In this document: in pieces, positions 9,796 to 20,269 of the stretch
Position numbering within the stretch: the stretch's first letter is position 1
Layout: each line of letters starts with the position of its first letter
Source of the DNA: Granulicella sp.
GTDB lineage: Bacteria; Acidobacteriota; Terriglobia; Terriglobales; Acidobacteriaceae
Length of the DNA: 64,000 nucleotides
Assembly (NCBI GenBank): GCA_027339965.1
Contig: DAHWNL010000006.1
Span: 1-64,000, forward strand
Reading direction: 5' to 3'
Translations under genes and position numbers: made by a program
The notes under the pieces: generated by a model
Seen by the model: only the letters and a program-made list of their open reading frames with translations
What the model was told of the DNA's origin: nothing
Database searches by the model: none

Positions 9796-11904
9796 TCAAG
9801 CAGCAACTCTTTGGCCATGGGTTGGTAACGAAATGTCTTCTTCTTTTTCTCTTCGCACGGTAAGGACCAGGATGTCATCCTCTTGTCCAAACTCCTGAGC
9901 GGCCGTGGCGATCTGGGCCGCGCCGGCGCCGGCCTTGAGCAGGGCGTCAATGCGGCTGAAGCCGAACAGGTTCCCATCGGAGTCCTGCGCCTCTACAACT
10001 CCGTCCGACATCAGGGTGAGGGTATCGCCCGGCTGAAGGGTGAAGGTGGTGACGCTGAGGTCGGCATCCGGGAGAGTGCCTAAGGGCAGGGCGCCTGGAA
10101 TCTCCATCTCCTTGTCATTGAGGTAGGGAGGAAGTTGGCCGGCGCTGGCCATGGTGACCTCTCCCTGAGGGTCGATGTGCAGAATGAGTCCGGTTGCGCT
10201 GGTATGCTTGCGTTCACAAAGCTGAACGTTGATCTCATGGAGGATTTTGGCCGGATCGGAGCTATGCTGCGCGGCAGCGCGCATGGCTCCCACGATGACC
10301 GCGACCAGCATTCCAGCCTGCGTGCCCTTGCCTGTAACGTCTCCCAGCATGATGAGAACCGACCCGGGAGGCTGGGTTGGCAGCACCTGAAAGAAGTCGC
10401 CGCCGACCTCCCGCGCGGGACGGTACTCGCTCTGAATGGTGAGACCCGGCACCCTGGGCAATTCGTCGGGAATCAATATTTTTTGCATCTGCTGCGCCTG
10501 CTCGATCTCCAGCTTCCATTGCTCTTTCCGCCGCTGGCTGTGGAAGAATCGCGTCAGCAGCATCACGGTGATGATGAGTAGGGAGACTACCGTGGCAATG
10601 GTTCCAATTTGGATCACAAAGCCGCCACCCACCGGAACGGCGATGGGAATGTGCAGTAAGCGCATCTCATACCGGTAGTTGGCCACGATGATGAGCAGCG
10701 CGGCCGGCGCCGCGCTCCAGCCTTCGCCCCTTTGCTGCCTCAGTCCGCGATAGACAACCGCCAAAAAGACTACGCCGATGAGAAACTTCAACAGCAGCAC
10801 GAAGGGATCAATGAGCCCTCCGAACTGAACAGGGACGTGTTGCCCGTAGAGCGGCGGGCTGAGCATGGCTACGCCCGTCATCAACAGAACGACCAGCGGC
10901 CAGACCACCGCATGCAGCAGACCAATCTTCCGAATGCGGAACCAATAGCCCCAAAACAGCACCCATAGTCCATTTTGTAAAGGGGCTAGCACAACCTGTG
11001 TAAGGACCACCGCGAGGGTCTCTCCAATCCAGGCGGTGAACTGACCCGAGATCACGATGATGTTGATGAGAAGAGCGGCCAAGCAAACCATGGCCAGCCA
11101 CAGATAGGCTCTCTCGGCGCGGTCCAGCCAGAACAGAGCGAGCGTCATCAGCAGCGCCATAAACAGAATCATGGACTCTACCAGACCGCCGACGACGAAG
11201 TGTTCCGTCGCGTTGTAGTCCAGCCGAGTAAGAGCGTCGATGATAGGGGCATAGCCCAGGACGGGGGGCTCATGAAGACCGCCCGCATCCGGGCTATTGA
11301 AGGGCGTTGCGCTATCCATCCACATGCGGATGGCGATGGTGATGGCTCCCCCGCTGCTGTCTTCGGGGAGGAGAAAATCCATCGGCAGGGTGCTGTAGGC
11401 AGTGACGCGGTGATCTCTGAACTTGCCAAAGGATCCAATCATCCGGCCATTGACGAAGACCTGATACGCGTCGTCCACCTCCGATGGCATCTTCAGCGCC
11501 AAGCGGCGGCTGGGTCCCTGCACGTTGACCTTGATCCGGTACCAGGCAAAGCCGGCGTAAAAGGGATAGCCTCGCGCCGTCCAGCCCGGAATATAGCCGC
11601 TGATGCCAAGCGTCTCGTCCGCCGAGCCGGGAGGTGGCGTCAGGTCCATGGCGCCCCATCCGGAGTCGTCAAAGTTGGGCTGAGCCCATGCTGGGTTGTC
11701 GCCGGCGTGAAACTTCCACAGCCCCCCTAGTTCAACCGAGGACTGGCCGAGACGAACGGTCAAAGAGGTGCCCGTTCGCGTTGTTTGGAAGGACTGCGGC
11801 GGATCGGAGGAGGGCTCCTGGCGATCCGGCACGGCTCTCGCGCCAGAGGCGCGCTGAGCCGCAAACCCAAGCAGGAACAGCAGGAGCATTCCCAAACGGC
11901 TCAT
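9796..11904 (-). CDS. Membrane PP2C phosphatase with extracellular galactose-binding/GH2-N-like domain and about 7 TM helices
   Basis: Signal peptide; WKFHAGDNPAWAQPNFDDSGW, AWYRI and YQVFVNG sugar-binding-fold motifs; multiple hydrophobic helices; VGGDFF, GDVTGKG, MSDG and EDDI PP2C motifs. Confidence 0.88.
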   Translation of the reverse strand: MSRLGMLLLFLLGFAAQRASGARAVPDRQEPSSDPPQSFQTTRTGTSLTVRLGQSSVELGGLWKFHAGDNPAWAQPNFDDSGWGAMDLTPPPGSADETLGISGYIPGWTARGYPFYAGFAWYRIKVNVQGPSRRLALKMPSEVDDAYQVFVNGRMIGSFGKFRDHRVTAYSTLPMDFLLPEDSSGGAITIAIRMWMDSATPFNSPDAGGLHEPPVLGYAPIIDALTRLDYNATEHFVVGGLVESMILFMALLMTLALFWLDRAERAYLWLAMVCLAALLINIIVISGQFTAWIGETLAVVLTQVVLAPLQNGLWVLFWGYWFRIRKIGLLHAVVWPLVVLLMTGVAMLSPPLYGQHVPVQFGGLIDPFVLLLKFLIGVVFLAVVYRGLRQQRGEGWSAAPAALLIIVANYRYEMRLLHIPIAVPVGGGFVIQIGTIATVVSLLIITVMLLTRFFHSQRRKEQWKLEIEQAQQMQKILIPDELPRVPGLTIQSEYRPAREVGGDFFQVLPTQPPGSVLIMLGDVTGKGTQAGMLVAVIVGAMRAAAQHSSDPAKILHEINVQLCERKHTSATGLILHIDPQGEVTMASAGQLPPYLNDKEMEIPGALPLGTLPDADLSVTTFTLQPGDTLTLMSDGVVEAQDSDGNLFGFSRIDALLKAGAGAAQIATAAQEFGQEDDILVLTVRREKEEDISLPTHGQRVAA

Positions 11905-12551
11905 ATCGTACTTCCCTTGAACAACTCTGTGGAAAATGAGAGGCTGGCCCGTCTAACCCGTTGCCGCGGCAAAGGGTGATCTTGCGAAGCTGATACCGTT
12001 GCAGTAGTCTAGAGCATTTTCGGCATCCATGCTGCACACCTGGGGATGCGCCGAGCGCGGGTTGACGTCGGCCCGGAAGGCAGAGACTGACGAGCGCCAG
12101 AACGGGCTTTCCGGCATGGCAAGAGCCCAGGTTGTTTCGTCCGGTTCGGAAAGAATCGGATCGAAGGGATGGGTCGAAACGCCTGGGCCATCTTCCTCCC
12201 TGAGTTCCAACCCATCTCTTGCAGAACTTCCTCGCCTCCGGGCGGTTTCGCGCGGAAATGGCGGCAGGCCGGGAACGTTGCCAACTCTCCGGTTAGAGCG
12301 GCACCAGAATCAATGGACCCATTTCGCTCGGGTCTGATCCCACTGCACTCCTCTGCGAGCGTCGGCCTGGGGGCGGCAGCCCTGTGGGATAGCAATCTCC
12401 ATCCGCCTCTTCCCTACCGCAACGGATGAGTTCTTGAAGCCCACGATTTCATTGCCTTGATTGCTTGATATCGTTGCCCGAACACGGCAGGATCGGCGCC
12501 ACGACCCTGAGCGGCGCATATTTGGATTCTTCATCCATCTCGCGCGAGCGA

Positions 12552-13265
12552 CTAGTTGCCGTTCTCCTGATCCAGGCTCTCTTGATATTGCTGCTCGACG
12601 CGAAGCCTGCGCACCATCGTCACCCCGTCCTGATTCAGGAGAAACAGCGTACCGGTATTACCCCTGGAGAGCACCTGGCGAACTCCGTAGATGGTCGCCA
12701 ACAGCATGGGATCACGCGGATGAAGCCTATCCATCACCTCATAGTTGCGCAACCGATCCTTACGTGGTGTCGCCGCGCCGCCACTCGGTGCCTCCTGGCC
12801 AGTCTGCACCATCAAGAGCCCCGTGGCTCCAATCGCTCCGACGACCTTGGCGTCCTGAAACGGCTTTGCAGGCATCAGCACCGGCCGCCTGTAGTGTCCC
12901 AGATTCAGCAACGCAACACCAGCGCCGTCTCTATAGCGAATCAAAACCTCGTGATGGCCTACATAGCGCACGAAATCAAAGGCCGACGGCGCGGGCAGTT
13001 CGACTGGCGCCAGACGCTCGACCTCGGCTGGATTGGTTACATCCAGAATGGAGAGTTCACGCCCTTGCTGGGACTCCACATACAGCAGCGTGCTTCCATC
13101 ATTGGCGTTGTACAGGTACATCGCGGAGGGGTTCCGAACGGCAAGCGTCCGCAAGGTATCCGGAGTTTCTACGGCGAGTGTCTTGGACCTCTGTCCAAAC
13201 GCCGCCCCGGCCGAAAGGGCGGTTATTCCAATAACGATTGCAGCAACCATTGCGCTTCTCCTCAT
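12552..13265 (-). CDS. Secreted hypothetical protein with LVIVD-like beta-propeller repeats
   Basis: Signal peptide; repeats LSILDVTNPAEVERLA, VALLNLGHYRRPVLM and YEVMDRLHPRDPMLLA; GGAGG RBS. Confidence 0.6.
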   Translation of the reverse strand: MRRSAMVAAIVIGITALSAGAAFGQRSKTLAVETPDTLRTLAVRNPSAMYLYNANDGSTLLYVESQQGRELSILDVTNPAEVERLAPVELPAPSAFDFVRYVGHHEVLIRYRDGAGVALLNLGHYRRPVLMPAKPFQDAKVVGAIGATGLLMVQTGQEAPSGGAATPRKDRLRNYEVMDRLHPRDPMLLATIYGVRQVLSRGNTGTLFLLNQDGVTMVRRLRVEQQYQESLDQENGN

Positions 13266-13498
13266 GGCTGCTTCCTCCAATCCCCTACAGAGATTAGTTT
13301 CCTCCCATACCAGGCAAGTTGTCCAAGCGAACCGCTAGTCCGAGACAGGCTTGCCCGCCTCCATCGTCCGCCGGGCAGGGCGAAAGGGCATGGGGCAACC
13401 AGTCGACGACCCAATGACAGCTTTCGCCCTGCGTGGGAGTCCCGGCGGCAGCGGCCAACGTCGCTGAACCTTGCCGCTTCGTCCTCCAGGAGTTGACG

Positions 13499-14848
13499 CT
13501 ACAGCGGAGGATTTTCCATGAGAGCGCGCAGCACTTTGGGGTTACGGGCGTAGTTGTCATGGGCAGACTCGGGGTTCTCGACCAGCCAGAACCAGCGCAC
13601 GCCGTTCCTGACCAGCCGATTTTCGACCCTGATTCCGCTTGCAGGCGGAGTCTCCCACCGCTGGAAGTCGGCGCCCAGACGCCATGTAAGGACGTCGTCA
13701 GGGTCGCTCCAGGCAACCACCCTGCCAACGGTCTCGCCGGGACGCACGTTGAGATAGGCGTTTCGCTCCCTGCTCCATTGATCAAAGGCGAAGAATCGGG
13801 GACTCGCTTGATCCAGATGCGCCAGCGTCAGCAGCGGAATTTGATTGGCAAAGAAGAATGCGGCGTCCAGGTGCTGCAACAGCCGATCGAAGCGATCCTG
13901 CATCACATTTGCAGGCACTCCCAGATCATCCCACTGCTGCATGGCCAGGGTAGAAGTGAGCAGGTAGCTGCCCAGGCTGTGGGTCACGGCGATGAAATGA
14001 GTCGTGCGATTGGCAGAGTCAGGAATGCACTTCGCCAGCAGGTCTGCCACGCCATCGCTGATGAACCGGCGCAGGGGTCCTACCCCGAGAAATGCATCCG
14101 AGAACCTCCAGTCCATCACGCCCACCTTGGCCCAGCGGTTGATCAACACCGCGCGATTGGGACGCTGGTTGAGCTCCCGAAGCGTGTAGCCGGCTGCCTG
14201 CAGCCAGTTGAAGGACCTCACCTGAACACCGGTGACACCAGCCTCCTGCCGTGAGCAGATATTCAGATAGTTATCGCTTCTTCCCTTCCACTTGCCGGCC
14301 AGCCTGGTCTCATCCGGCATGATGAATCGGCACTTGATCGGTATGACCAATGGCCACCAGTTGATCTCATCCACCAGGATGGACTTTCCGCTGCGGAAGC
14401 GGATACGGTAATGATCGACGAAGGGCGCTGAGGCATGCCACTGCTCCCAGGTGGTCCATACGGGAGCACCCATATAACGAATCGCCGCCACCTTGGGATC
14501 CAGTCCGCCGCTACCGGGATGAACGTCCGGGGCGAAGATGCCCGCATCCGCGTACTCACGCCGGCCAATTCGCGTCGGCCCACCCATACACTCCTGATGC
14601 ATCAACTTCCTGGCATAGCGGCAGATGCTTTGTTGCAACTCCAGCGACCCCCCGGAGCCGGTTGCGCCAATGCCGTGAATGTACAAGATGCGCACCGGTT
14701 CGGAGCCGGCAACCGCCAGAGCCCCACCCAACGTGGAGGCCTGCCGAGCTTCTTCAACCATGCTTTGTGAAGACATACCTGTCTTTCCCTGCGATAGGGC
14801 GGTGGAAACGGTCAAGATCATGGCCATCAGGAGGAGACCCGCCATCAT
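13499..14848 (-). CDS. Secreted hypothetical alpha/beta-hydrolase-like protein
   Basis: Signal peptide; YIHGIG, VTHSLG (nucleophile elbow), DPDDVL and SAHDNY give a candidate Ser-Asp-His triad; GGAGG before ATG 14848. Confidence 0.6.
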   Translation of the reverse strand: MMAGLLLMAMILTVSTALSQGKTGMSSQSMVEEARQASTLGGALAVAGSEPVRILYIHGIGATGSGGSLELQQSICRYARKLMHQECMGGPTRIGRREYADAGIFAPDVHPGSGGLDPKVAAIRYMGAPVWTTWEQWHASAPFVDHYRIRFRSGKSILVDEINWWPLVIPIKCRFIMPDETRLAGKWKGRSDNYLNICSRQEAGVTGVQVRSFNWLQAAGYTLRELNQRPNRAVLINRWAKVGVMDWRFSDAFLGVGPLRRFISDGVADLLAKCIPDSANRTTHFIAVTHSLGSYLLTSTLAMQQWDDLGVPANVMQDRFDRLLQHLDAAFFFANQIPLLTLAHLDQASPRFFAFDQWSRERNAYLNVRPGETVGRVVAWSDPDDVLTWRLGADFQRWETPPASGIRVENRLVRNGVRWFWLVENPESAHDNYARNPKVLRALMENPPL

Positions 14849-14872
14849 GCCGAACGTTCCTCCCAACCGTCT

Positions 14873-15499
14873 CTAAAATCTCACCACAGCGCCGCTGGCC
14901 TGCTGTGCCTGCGCCGCCGTGACATCGGGGGCCAGTTCGACGGCGGCAAAGCCGTCCTCAGTAATATCGAAGACGCCCAGATCGGTAATGACCCGATGCA
15001 CAACTCGGGCGCCGGTGAGCGGCAGGGTGCAGGAGCGCAGTAGCTTGGGCGCTCCCTGGGAGGTGTGCTCCATCAGCACCACCACCCGGCGAACCCCTGA
15101 GACAAGATCCATCGCGCCTCCCATTCCCTTCACCCGCTTCCCCGGGATCATCCAGTTGGCCAGGTCTCCCTGTTCGGAGACCTGCATGGCCCCCAGGATA
15201 GCCAGATCGATATGTCCGCCACGGATCATGGCAAAGGATTCGTCGCTGGAAAAGGTGGAGGCCCCCGGGAGATAGGTTACGGTCTGCTTGCCGGCGTTGA
15301 TCAGGTCCGCGTCCACCTCAGAGACATCCGGGAAAGGCCCCAGACCGAGCAGACCGTTCTCCGATTGCAGCGTGACAGCAATGCCCTCCGGAACAAAGTT
15401 GGCTACCAGCGTGGGCATTCCAATCCCAAGGTTAACGTAAAAACCATCGCGGAGTTCAAGCCCTGCCCGAGCAGCCATCTGATTGCGGGTCCAAGGCAT
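14873..15499 (-). CDS. scoB: 3-oxoacid CoA-transferase subunit B
   Basis: [15 protein letters not shown] (catalytic Glu), GMGGAMDL and CTLPLTG motifs. Confidence 0.9.
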   Translation of the reverse strand: MPWTRNQMAARAGLELRDGFYVNLGIGMPTLVANFVPEGIAVTLQSENGLLGLGPFPDVSEVDADLINAGKQTVTYLPGASTFSSDESFAMIRGGHIDLAILGAMQVSEQGDLANWMIPGKRVKGMGGAMDLVSGVRRVVVLMEHTSQGAPKLLRSCTLPLTGARVVHRVITDLGVFDITEDGFAAVELAPDVTAAQAQQASGAVVRF

Positions 15500-15502
15500 A
15501 GG

Positions 15503-16243
15503 TCAGATGGCCTCGCTGGAGCCGCCGTTGCGGGTGGTGATCTTCTCGATCCGCTTCTCCGGGTGAGGGTTGTGTACCAGGCGATGAACAAAAATCCCGG
15601 GGGTGTGGATCTGGTCGGGATCCAGATCTCCAGGCTGCACCACGATTTCAGCCTCGGCGACCGTGATCTTGCCGCAGGTAGCCGCCGGCGGATTGAAGTT
15701 GCGCGCGGTTCGGCGATAGATGAGATTGCCGGCTGTATCGGCCTTCCAGGCCTTCACCAGAGCCAGATCGGCGACCAGGCCCCGCTCTAGGATGTAGGTG
15801 CGGCCGTCAAACTCTTTCTGCTCCTTTCCCTCTGCGACAACCGTGCCGGCGCCGGTGGGGGTGTAGAAACCGGGGATGCCGGCTCCGCCGGCGCGCATCC
15901 GCTCGGCCAGCGTGCCTTGCGGGCAGAACTCTATCTCCAGTTCTCCGGATAAGAACTGGCGCTCGAACTCCGCGTTTTCCCCAACGTAGCTAGAGATCAT
16001 CTTTTTCACCTGGCGCGTGGCCAGCAGCAAACCGATTCCCCAATTGTCCACTCCGGCGTTGTTGCTGGCGATGGTCAGGTTGCGCACGCCGCTCTCTCGC
16101 AGGGCGGCCAGCAGCGCCTCTGGAATCCCGCACAAACCAAAGCCGCCTACCGCCAGCAGCATGCCATCCCGCACAATGTCCGCCAGCGCGGAGCGGGCGT
16201 CGGGATAAAGCTTGCGCTGACGATCTGGACTAGAGGTTGCCAC
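15503..16243 (-). CDS. scoA: 3-oxoacid CoA-transferase subunit A
   Basis: GGFGLCGIPE, SNNAG, PQGTLAER and ARNFNP motifs; likely GTG start at 16243 overlapping the hppD end. Confidence 0.9.
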   Translation of the reverse strand: MATSSPDRQRKLYPDARSALADIVRDGMLLAVGGFGLCGIPEALLAALRESGVRNLTIASNNAGVDNWGIGLLLATRQVKKMISSYVGENAEFERQFLSGELEIEFCPQGTLAERMRAGGAGIPGFYTPTGAGTVVAEGKEQKEFDGRTYILERGLVADLALVKAWKADTAGNLIYRRTARNFNPPAATCGKITVAEAEIVVQPGDLDPDQIHTPGIFVHRLVHNPHPEKRIEKITTRNGGSSEAI

Positions 16244-17366
16244 GGGCTTCCTGCTCGCGCTCAATGGCCTCAAAAAGAGCTTTGAAGTTTCCCTTGCCAA
16301 AGCTACGGCTTCCCTTGCGCTGGATAATCTCAAAGAATAACGTGGGACGGTCCTCCACGGGCTTGGTAAAAATCTGCAGCATATAGCCTTCGTCATCGCG
16401 GTCCACCAGGACGCCCAGGCGTTCCAGTTCCTCCAACGGCTCGTCGATTCGGCCCACGCGCTGCTGGAGTTCGCTGTAATAGGAATGCGGAACGGTTAGA
16501 AAAGGCACGCCCTGACGCTTCAGGCGGGAGACCGTGGAGAGAATGTCGTGAGTGGCCAGCGCCAGGTGCTGGACTCCGGGGCCATCGTAAAACTCCAGAT
16601 ACTCTTCAATCTGTGACTTCTTGCGGCCTATCGCCGGCTCGTTGATGGGAAATTTGACGTAGCCGTTGGCGTTGGCCATCACCTTGGACATCAAGGCCGA
16701 GTACTCGGTGGAGATATCCTGGTCATCAAAGTGCTGATAGAGAGAGAAACCCATCACCCGGGAGTAGAAGTGTACCCACTCGTTCATGGCGTTCCAACCG
16801 ACATTGCCGACGATGTGATCGATGTGCAACAGCCCGGCGGGCCGAGCTACATCGTCCTCTGGAAGCGCGCGATAACCTGGGAAGAAGACTCCGGTGTAGT
16901 TTTTCCGCTCCACAAAGGTGTGGATTGTGTCGCCATAGGCCCGGATGCTGGAGAGGACCACCGAGCCGTACTCATCGCAGACGGTGGTTGGCTCCTGCGC
17001 CGAAACAGCTCCACGGGCAGTGGTCTCGCGCCAGGCGCAGGCGGCATCGTCCACCCATAGAGCGATGGCGCGGACGCCGTCGCCGTGTCTGGCGACGTGC
17101 GCAGCCACTGCGCGCGAGACCTCCGTGTCGGAGCGCAGCGCAGTGGTAAGAACAAAACGAATCTTCCCCTGCTGCAGAACATAGGAGGCTCGGTCGCGGC
17201 GGCCGGTCTCGGGACCAGCATAGGCAACCAGCTTCATTCCAAAGGCAGCGCGGTAGAAGTAAGCCGCTTGGCGCGCGTTGCCTACATAGAACTCAACATG
17301 ATCCGTACCAAGGAGGGGAAGAAAATCGACTGCGGTGTCAGCAGCGTGCTCAGCCAGAGTGGACAT
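16230..17366 (-). CDS. hppD: 4-hydroxyphenylpyruvate dioxygenase
   Basis: DHVEFYVGNARQAA, IDHIVGN, PINEP, SQIEEYL, GVQHLAL, LQIFTKP, FFEIIQR and FGKGNFKALFEAIE; start chosen at ATG 17366 (GGAGG upstream). Confidence 0.97.
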   Translation of the reverse strand: MSTLAEHAADTAVDFLPLLGTDHVEFYVGNARQAAYFYRAAFGMKLVAYAGPETGRRDRASYVLQQGKIRFVLTTALRSDTEVSRAVAAHVARHGDGVRAIALWVDDAACAWRETTARGAVSAQEPTTVCDEYGSVVLSSIRAYGDTIHTFVERKNYTGVFFPGYRALPEDDVARPAGLLHIDHIVGNVGWNAMNEWVHFYSRVMGFSLYQHFDDQDISTEYSALMSKVMANANGYVKFPINEPAIGRKKSQIEEYLEFYDGPGVQHLALATHDILSTVSRLKRQGVPFLTVPHSYYSELQQRVGRIDEPLEELERLGVLVDRDDEGYMLQIFTKPVEDRPTLFFEIIQRKGSRSFGKGNFKALFEAIEREQEARGNL

Positions 17367-17536
17367 CCTCGGGTTCCTCCTTGGGCTCGCACCGGTGCCG
17401 GACGGTTTTGGCTGCATCGGGTCAACCCCTCCAGCAGAATGATCCTCGGTAAAAGGGATGTCAACCGCGGTGGAGGCTTCCTGGATCTTCCACACTGGGG
17501 CCTCGGCTTTGTCACCCTTCGAGCGGCTTCTCCAGG

Positions 17537-18925
17537 TCACTCAGTGGCGGAAAGAACCCTGCCGCGGCACTCTCCCATCGAGACCATCGGAAGGCCCTCG
17601 CGCTCGCTGTAGCCGCGCAGGCTCACCTCGTCGCCGTCCTCCAGGAACGTTCGCTGCTCGCCCGTTGGCAGGCACAGAGGAACCTCTCCACCCTTCGTCA
17701 TCTCCAGCAGACAGCCTTGGGAGCCAGGTTGCTCTCCAGAGATCGTCCCACTGGCTAAGATGTCGCCGATCTTCAGATTGCAGCCATTGCTGGTTTGGTG
17801 CGTCAGCATCTGCGCAAACGACCAGTAGAGATCGCGCAGGTTCGCCTGGCTGAGCCGCTGCGCGGGGATCCTCCGCTCACGCATCTGCGCTGTGGAAAGA
17901 TAGGTCTCCACGGTAATGTCCAAGCCGGAGAGATTCGAATCCGGTTCAGCCAGGTAAGCCAGCGGCGCAGGTTCTGAGGCTGGGCGGGGAGTCAACCTGG
18001 TGCGGTACGGCGCCAGAGCGTCCATGGGGATTACCCAGGGGGAGACGCTGGTAGCAAAACTCTTGCCTAGGAACGGACCGAGCGGCTGATACTCCCAAGA
18101 CTGGATATCGCGCGCCGACCAGTCATTGAGTAGCGAAAGGCCAAAGAGGCACTTCGCCGCCTGCTCGATGGGGATCCGCGAGCCGAGCGGATTCCCCACC
18201 CCGACGTAAGCCGCTACCTCCAGTTCGTAGTCCAGCCGGGTGCTGGGCTGGAAGACGGGAGCGGACTCCGAGCCGGCCTTGCACTGACCGTGCGGCCGAC
18301 GTACCGGTGTTCCACTCACAATCAGCGAGGAGGCACGGCCATGGTAGCCGATCGGCAGCCAGCGGTAGTTCGGCAGCAGCGGCTCGTCGGGACGGAAGAG
18401 CCGGCCCACGTTCCTGGCATGGTGCAAGGACGCATAGAAGTCCGTGTAGTTCTCCGTCCACACCGGCTTGTGGAAGATCGCCTGCGCCATGGGCGTCAAC
18501 AGCGCAGCTACAAGCCGCTGTTGCGCTTGGTCGTGGGTGCAGTCGGGTCCGGACCACATCAGCAGATCGAAGAGGCGTTCCCGCAGCGCAGACCATGCAG
18601 AGGGTCCGCAGCCCATGAGTCCGTTGAGATGGATTGACCGGCAGGCTGACTGCAATTTCGCCGGGAGATCGCTTAGCAGGCCGCTGGTCTGCAGCTTATG
18701 CAGGTCCAGGATAAAAGCCCCAATGCCCACACCCAGATGAGGAACCAGACCCGGGTTCGGCTCCTCCGCCATTGGCGCAGCCAAATCCGGCCAGGACGCA
18801 GGCCCGGATGCCGAAACCGGCGTGAAAGCGCAGTAGGGCAGCCATAGGAGAGGAAAGCCGTTGCCGGACTGATTGGCTGTGTCAACCCAGCTTGTCGCGC
18901 CGCTCTCTGAAGGCAAACTCATCAC
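17537..18925 (-). CDS. fahA: Fumarylacetoacetase
   Basis: YTDFYASLHHA, PIGYHGRASS, LDYELE, NDWSARDIQ, GPFLGKSF and SGTISG motifs. Confidence 0.95.
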   Translation of the reverse strand: MMSLPSESGATSWVDTANQSGNGFPLLWLPYCAFTPVSASGPASWPDLAAPMAEEPNPGLVPHLGVGIGAFILDLHKLQTSGLLSDLPAKLQSACRSIHLNGLMGCGPSAWSALRERLFDLLMWSGPDCTHDQAQQRLVAALLTPMAQAIFHKPVWTENYTDFYASLHHARNVGRLFRPDEPLLPNYRWLPIGYHGRASSLIVSGTPVRRPHGQCKAGSESAPVFQPSTRLDYELEVAAYVGVGNPLGSRIPIEQAAKCLFGLSLLNDWSARDIQSWEYQPLGPFLGKSFATSVSPWVIPMDALAPYRTRLTPRPASEPAPLAYLAEPDSNLSGLDITVETYLSTAQMRERRIPAQRLSQANLRDLYWSFAQMLTHQTSNGCNLKIGDILASGTISGEQPGSQGCLLEMTKGGEVPLCLPTGEQRTFLEDGDEVSLRGYSEREGLPMVSMGECRGRVLSATE

Positions 18926-18958
18926 ACCGAGTGTAGGACATCGAGAGCAGAATTGGCC

Positions 18959-20269
18959 TCAGCGGCCCGACGGCTTGAAGTGACGCTCCAAACCCTGCCA
19001 GCACTCATAGTACTCATGCTGCAGGATCTTCTCCTCCATCGCGTAGCGGGTTGGACGCACCACCATACGGGTCTCAAACATGAAAGCCATCGTATCAGAG
19101 ATGTACTGCGGCATCAGTTCGGCGTGGCTGGCGCTCTCAAAGGTAACCACATCCGGACCGTGGCCGGACATGCAGTTGTGCAGGCTGGCTCCGCCGGGAA
19201 GAAAGCCCTCGGCCTTGGCGTCGTATTGTCCGCGAATCAGGCCCATGAATTCGTTCATCATATTGCGATGAAACCAAGGTGGCCGGAAAGTATGCTCAGC
19301 GACCAACCAGCGCGGAGGGAAGATGGCCAGATCCACGTTGGCGACACCCGGCATCAGAGATGGCGCGGTAAGAACGGTGAAGATCGACGGGTCCGGATGA
19401 TCGAAGCTGACCGAATTGACCACCTGAAATCTGGCCATGTCATACAGGTAGGGAGCGTAGTTGCCGTGCCAGGCAACCACGTCCAGGGGCGAGTGGTCAT
19501 AGGTGGAGACCCACAACTTGCCCTGAAACTTCGCGACCACCTCAAACTCGCCGTCGGTGTCGTCATACTCTGCCACGGGGGTCAGGAAGTCCCTGGGGTT
19601 GGCCAGCCCGTTGGCCCCAATCGGGCCTAGCTCGGGAAGTCGGAAGGCTTGACCGTAGTTTTCACAGAGGTATCCCCGGGCGTGATGATGCAGCAGTTCG
19701 ACGCAAAACTTGATGCCGCGCGGTATCACCGCCAAGTGCCCGGGATGGACCTCCAGGATGCCGCACTCCGTGCAGATCCGCAGCGCGCCTTGCTGCGGCA
19801 GGATCAATAGCTCCCCGTCCGCGTCGTAAAAAAAGCGGTCGGTCATGGAGGCGTTGGCGGTATACATGTGGATGGCAACGCCGTCCTGCATGGCGGCATC
19901 GCCGTTGCCTCCCATGGTGATGATCCCCTCTACAAAATCGGTGGGAACCGTTGGAAATGGAAGCGGATCCCAGCGCATCTGGTTGGGAGGAGTCGAGACT
20001 TCGTCAAACGGCGCGCTGCGCAAAAGCGTGGACTCCGGAAAGGGTTGGTACGGCTCATGCACCACCGAGGGGCGTATCCGATACATCCAGGTGCGGCGGT
20101 TGAGAGCGCGCGGAGCAGTAAAAGCTGAACCGCTCACCTGCTCGGTGTACAGCCCAAGCGGGTGTCGCTGCGGAGAGTTCTGGCCTGTAGGGAGCGCCCC
20201 GGGGTAGGCCTCGGTGGCGAACTCGTTGCCAAATCCTGACTGATAGACAAGGTGGGCAAGATCGGACAT
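18959..20269 (-). CDS. hmgA: Homogentisate 1,2-dioxygenase
   Basis: [46 protein letters not shown] and [11 protein letters not shown] motifs. Confidence 0.97.
   Translation of the reverse strand: MSDLAHLVYQSGFGNEFATEAYPGALPTGQNSPQRHPLGLYTEQVSGSAFTAPRALNRRTWMYRIRPSVVHEPYQPFPESTLLRSAPFDEVSTPPNQMRWDPLPFPTVPTDFVEGIITMGGNGDAAMQDGVAIHMYTANASMTDRFFYDADGELLILPQQGALRICTECGILEVHPGHLAVIPRGIKFCVELLHHHARGYLCENYGQAFRLPELGPIGANGLANPRDFLTPVAEYDDTDGEFEVVAKFQGKLWVSTYDHSPLDVVAWHGNYAPYLYDMARFQVVNSVSFDHPDPSIFTVLTAPSLMPGVANVDLAIFPPRWLVAEHTFRPPWFHRNMMNEFMGLIRGQYDAKAEGFLPGGASLHNCMSGHGPDVVTFESASHAELMPQYISDTMAFMFETRMVVRPTRYAMEEKILQHEYYECWQGLERHFKPSGR

Noticed and set aside
12009..12021. CTAGAGCATTTTC resembling a MITE/IS terminus
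   Set aside because: No matching inverted end was found nearby
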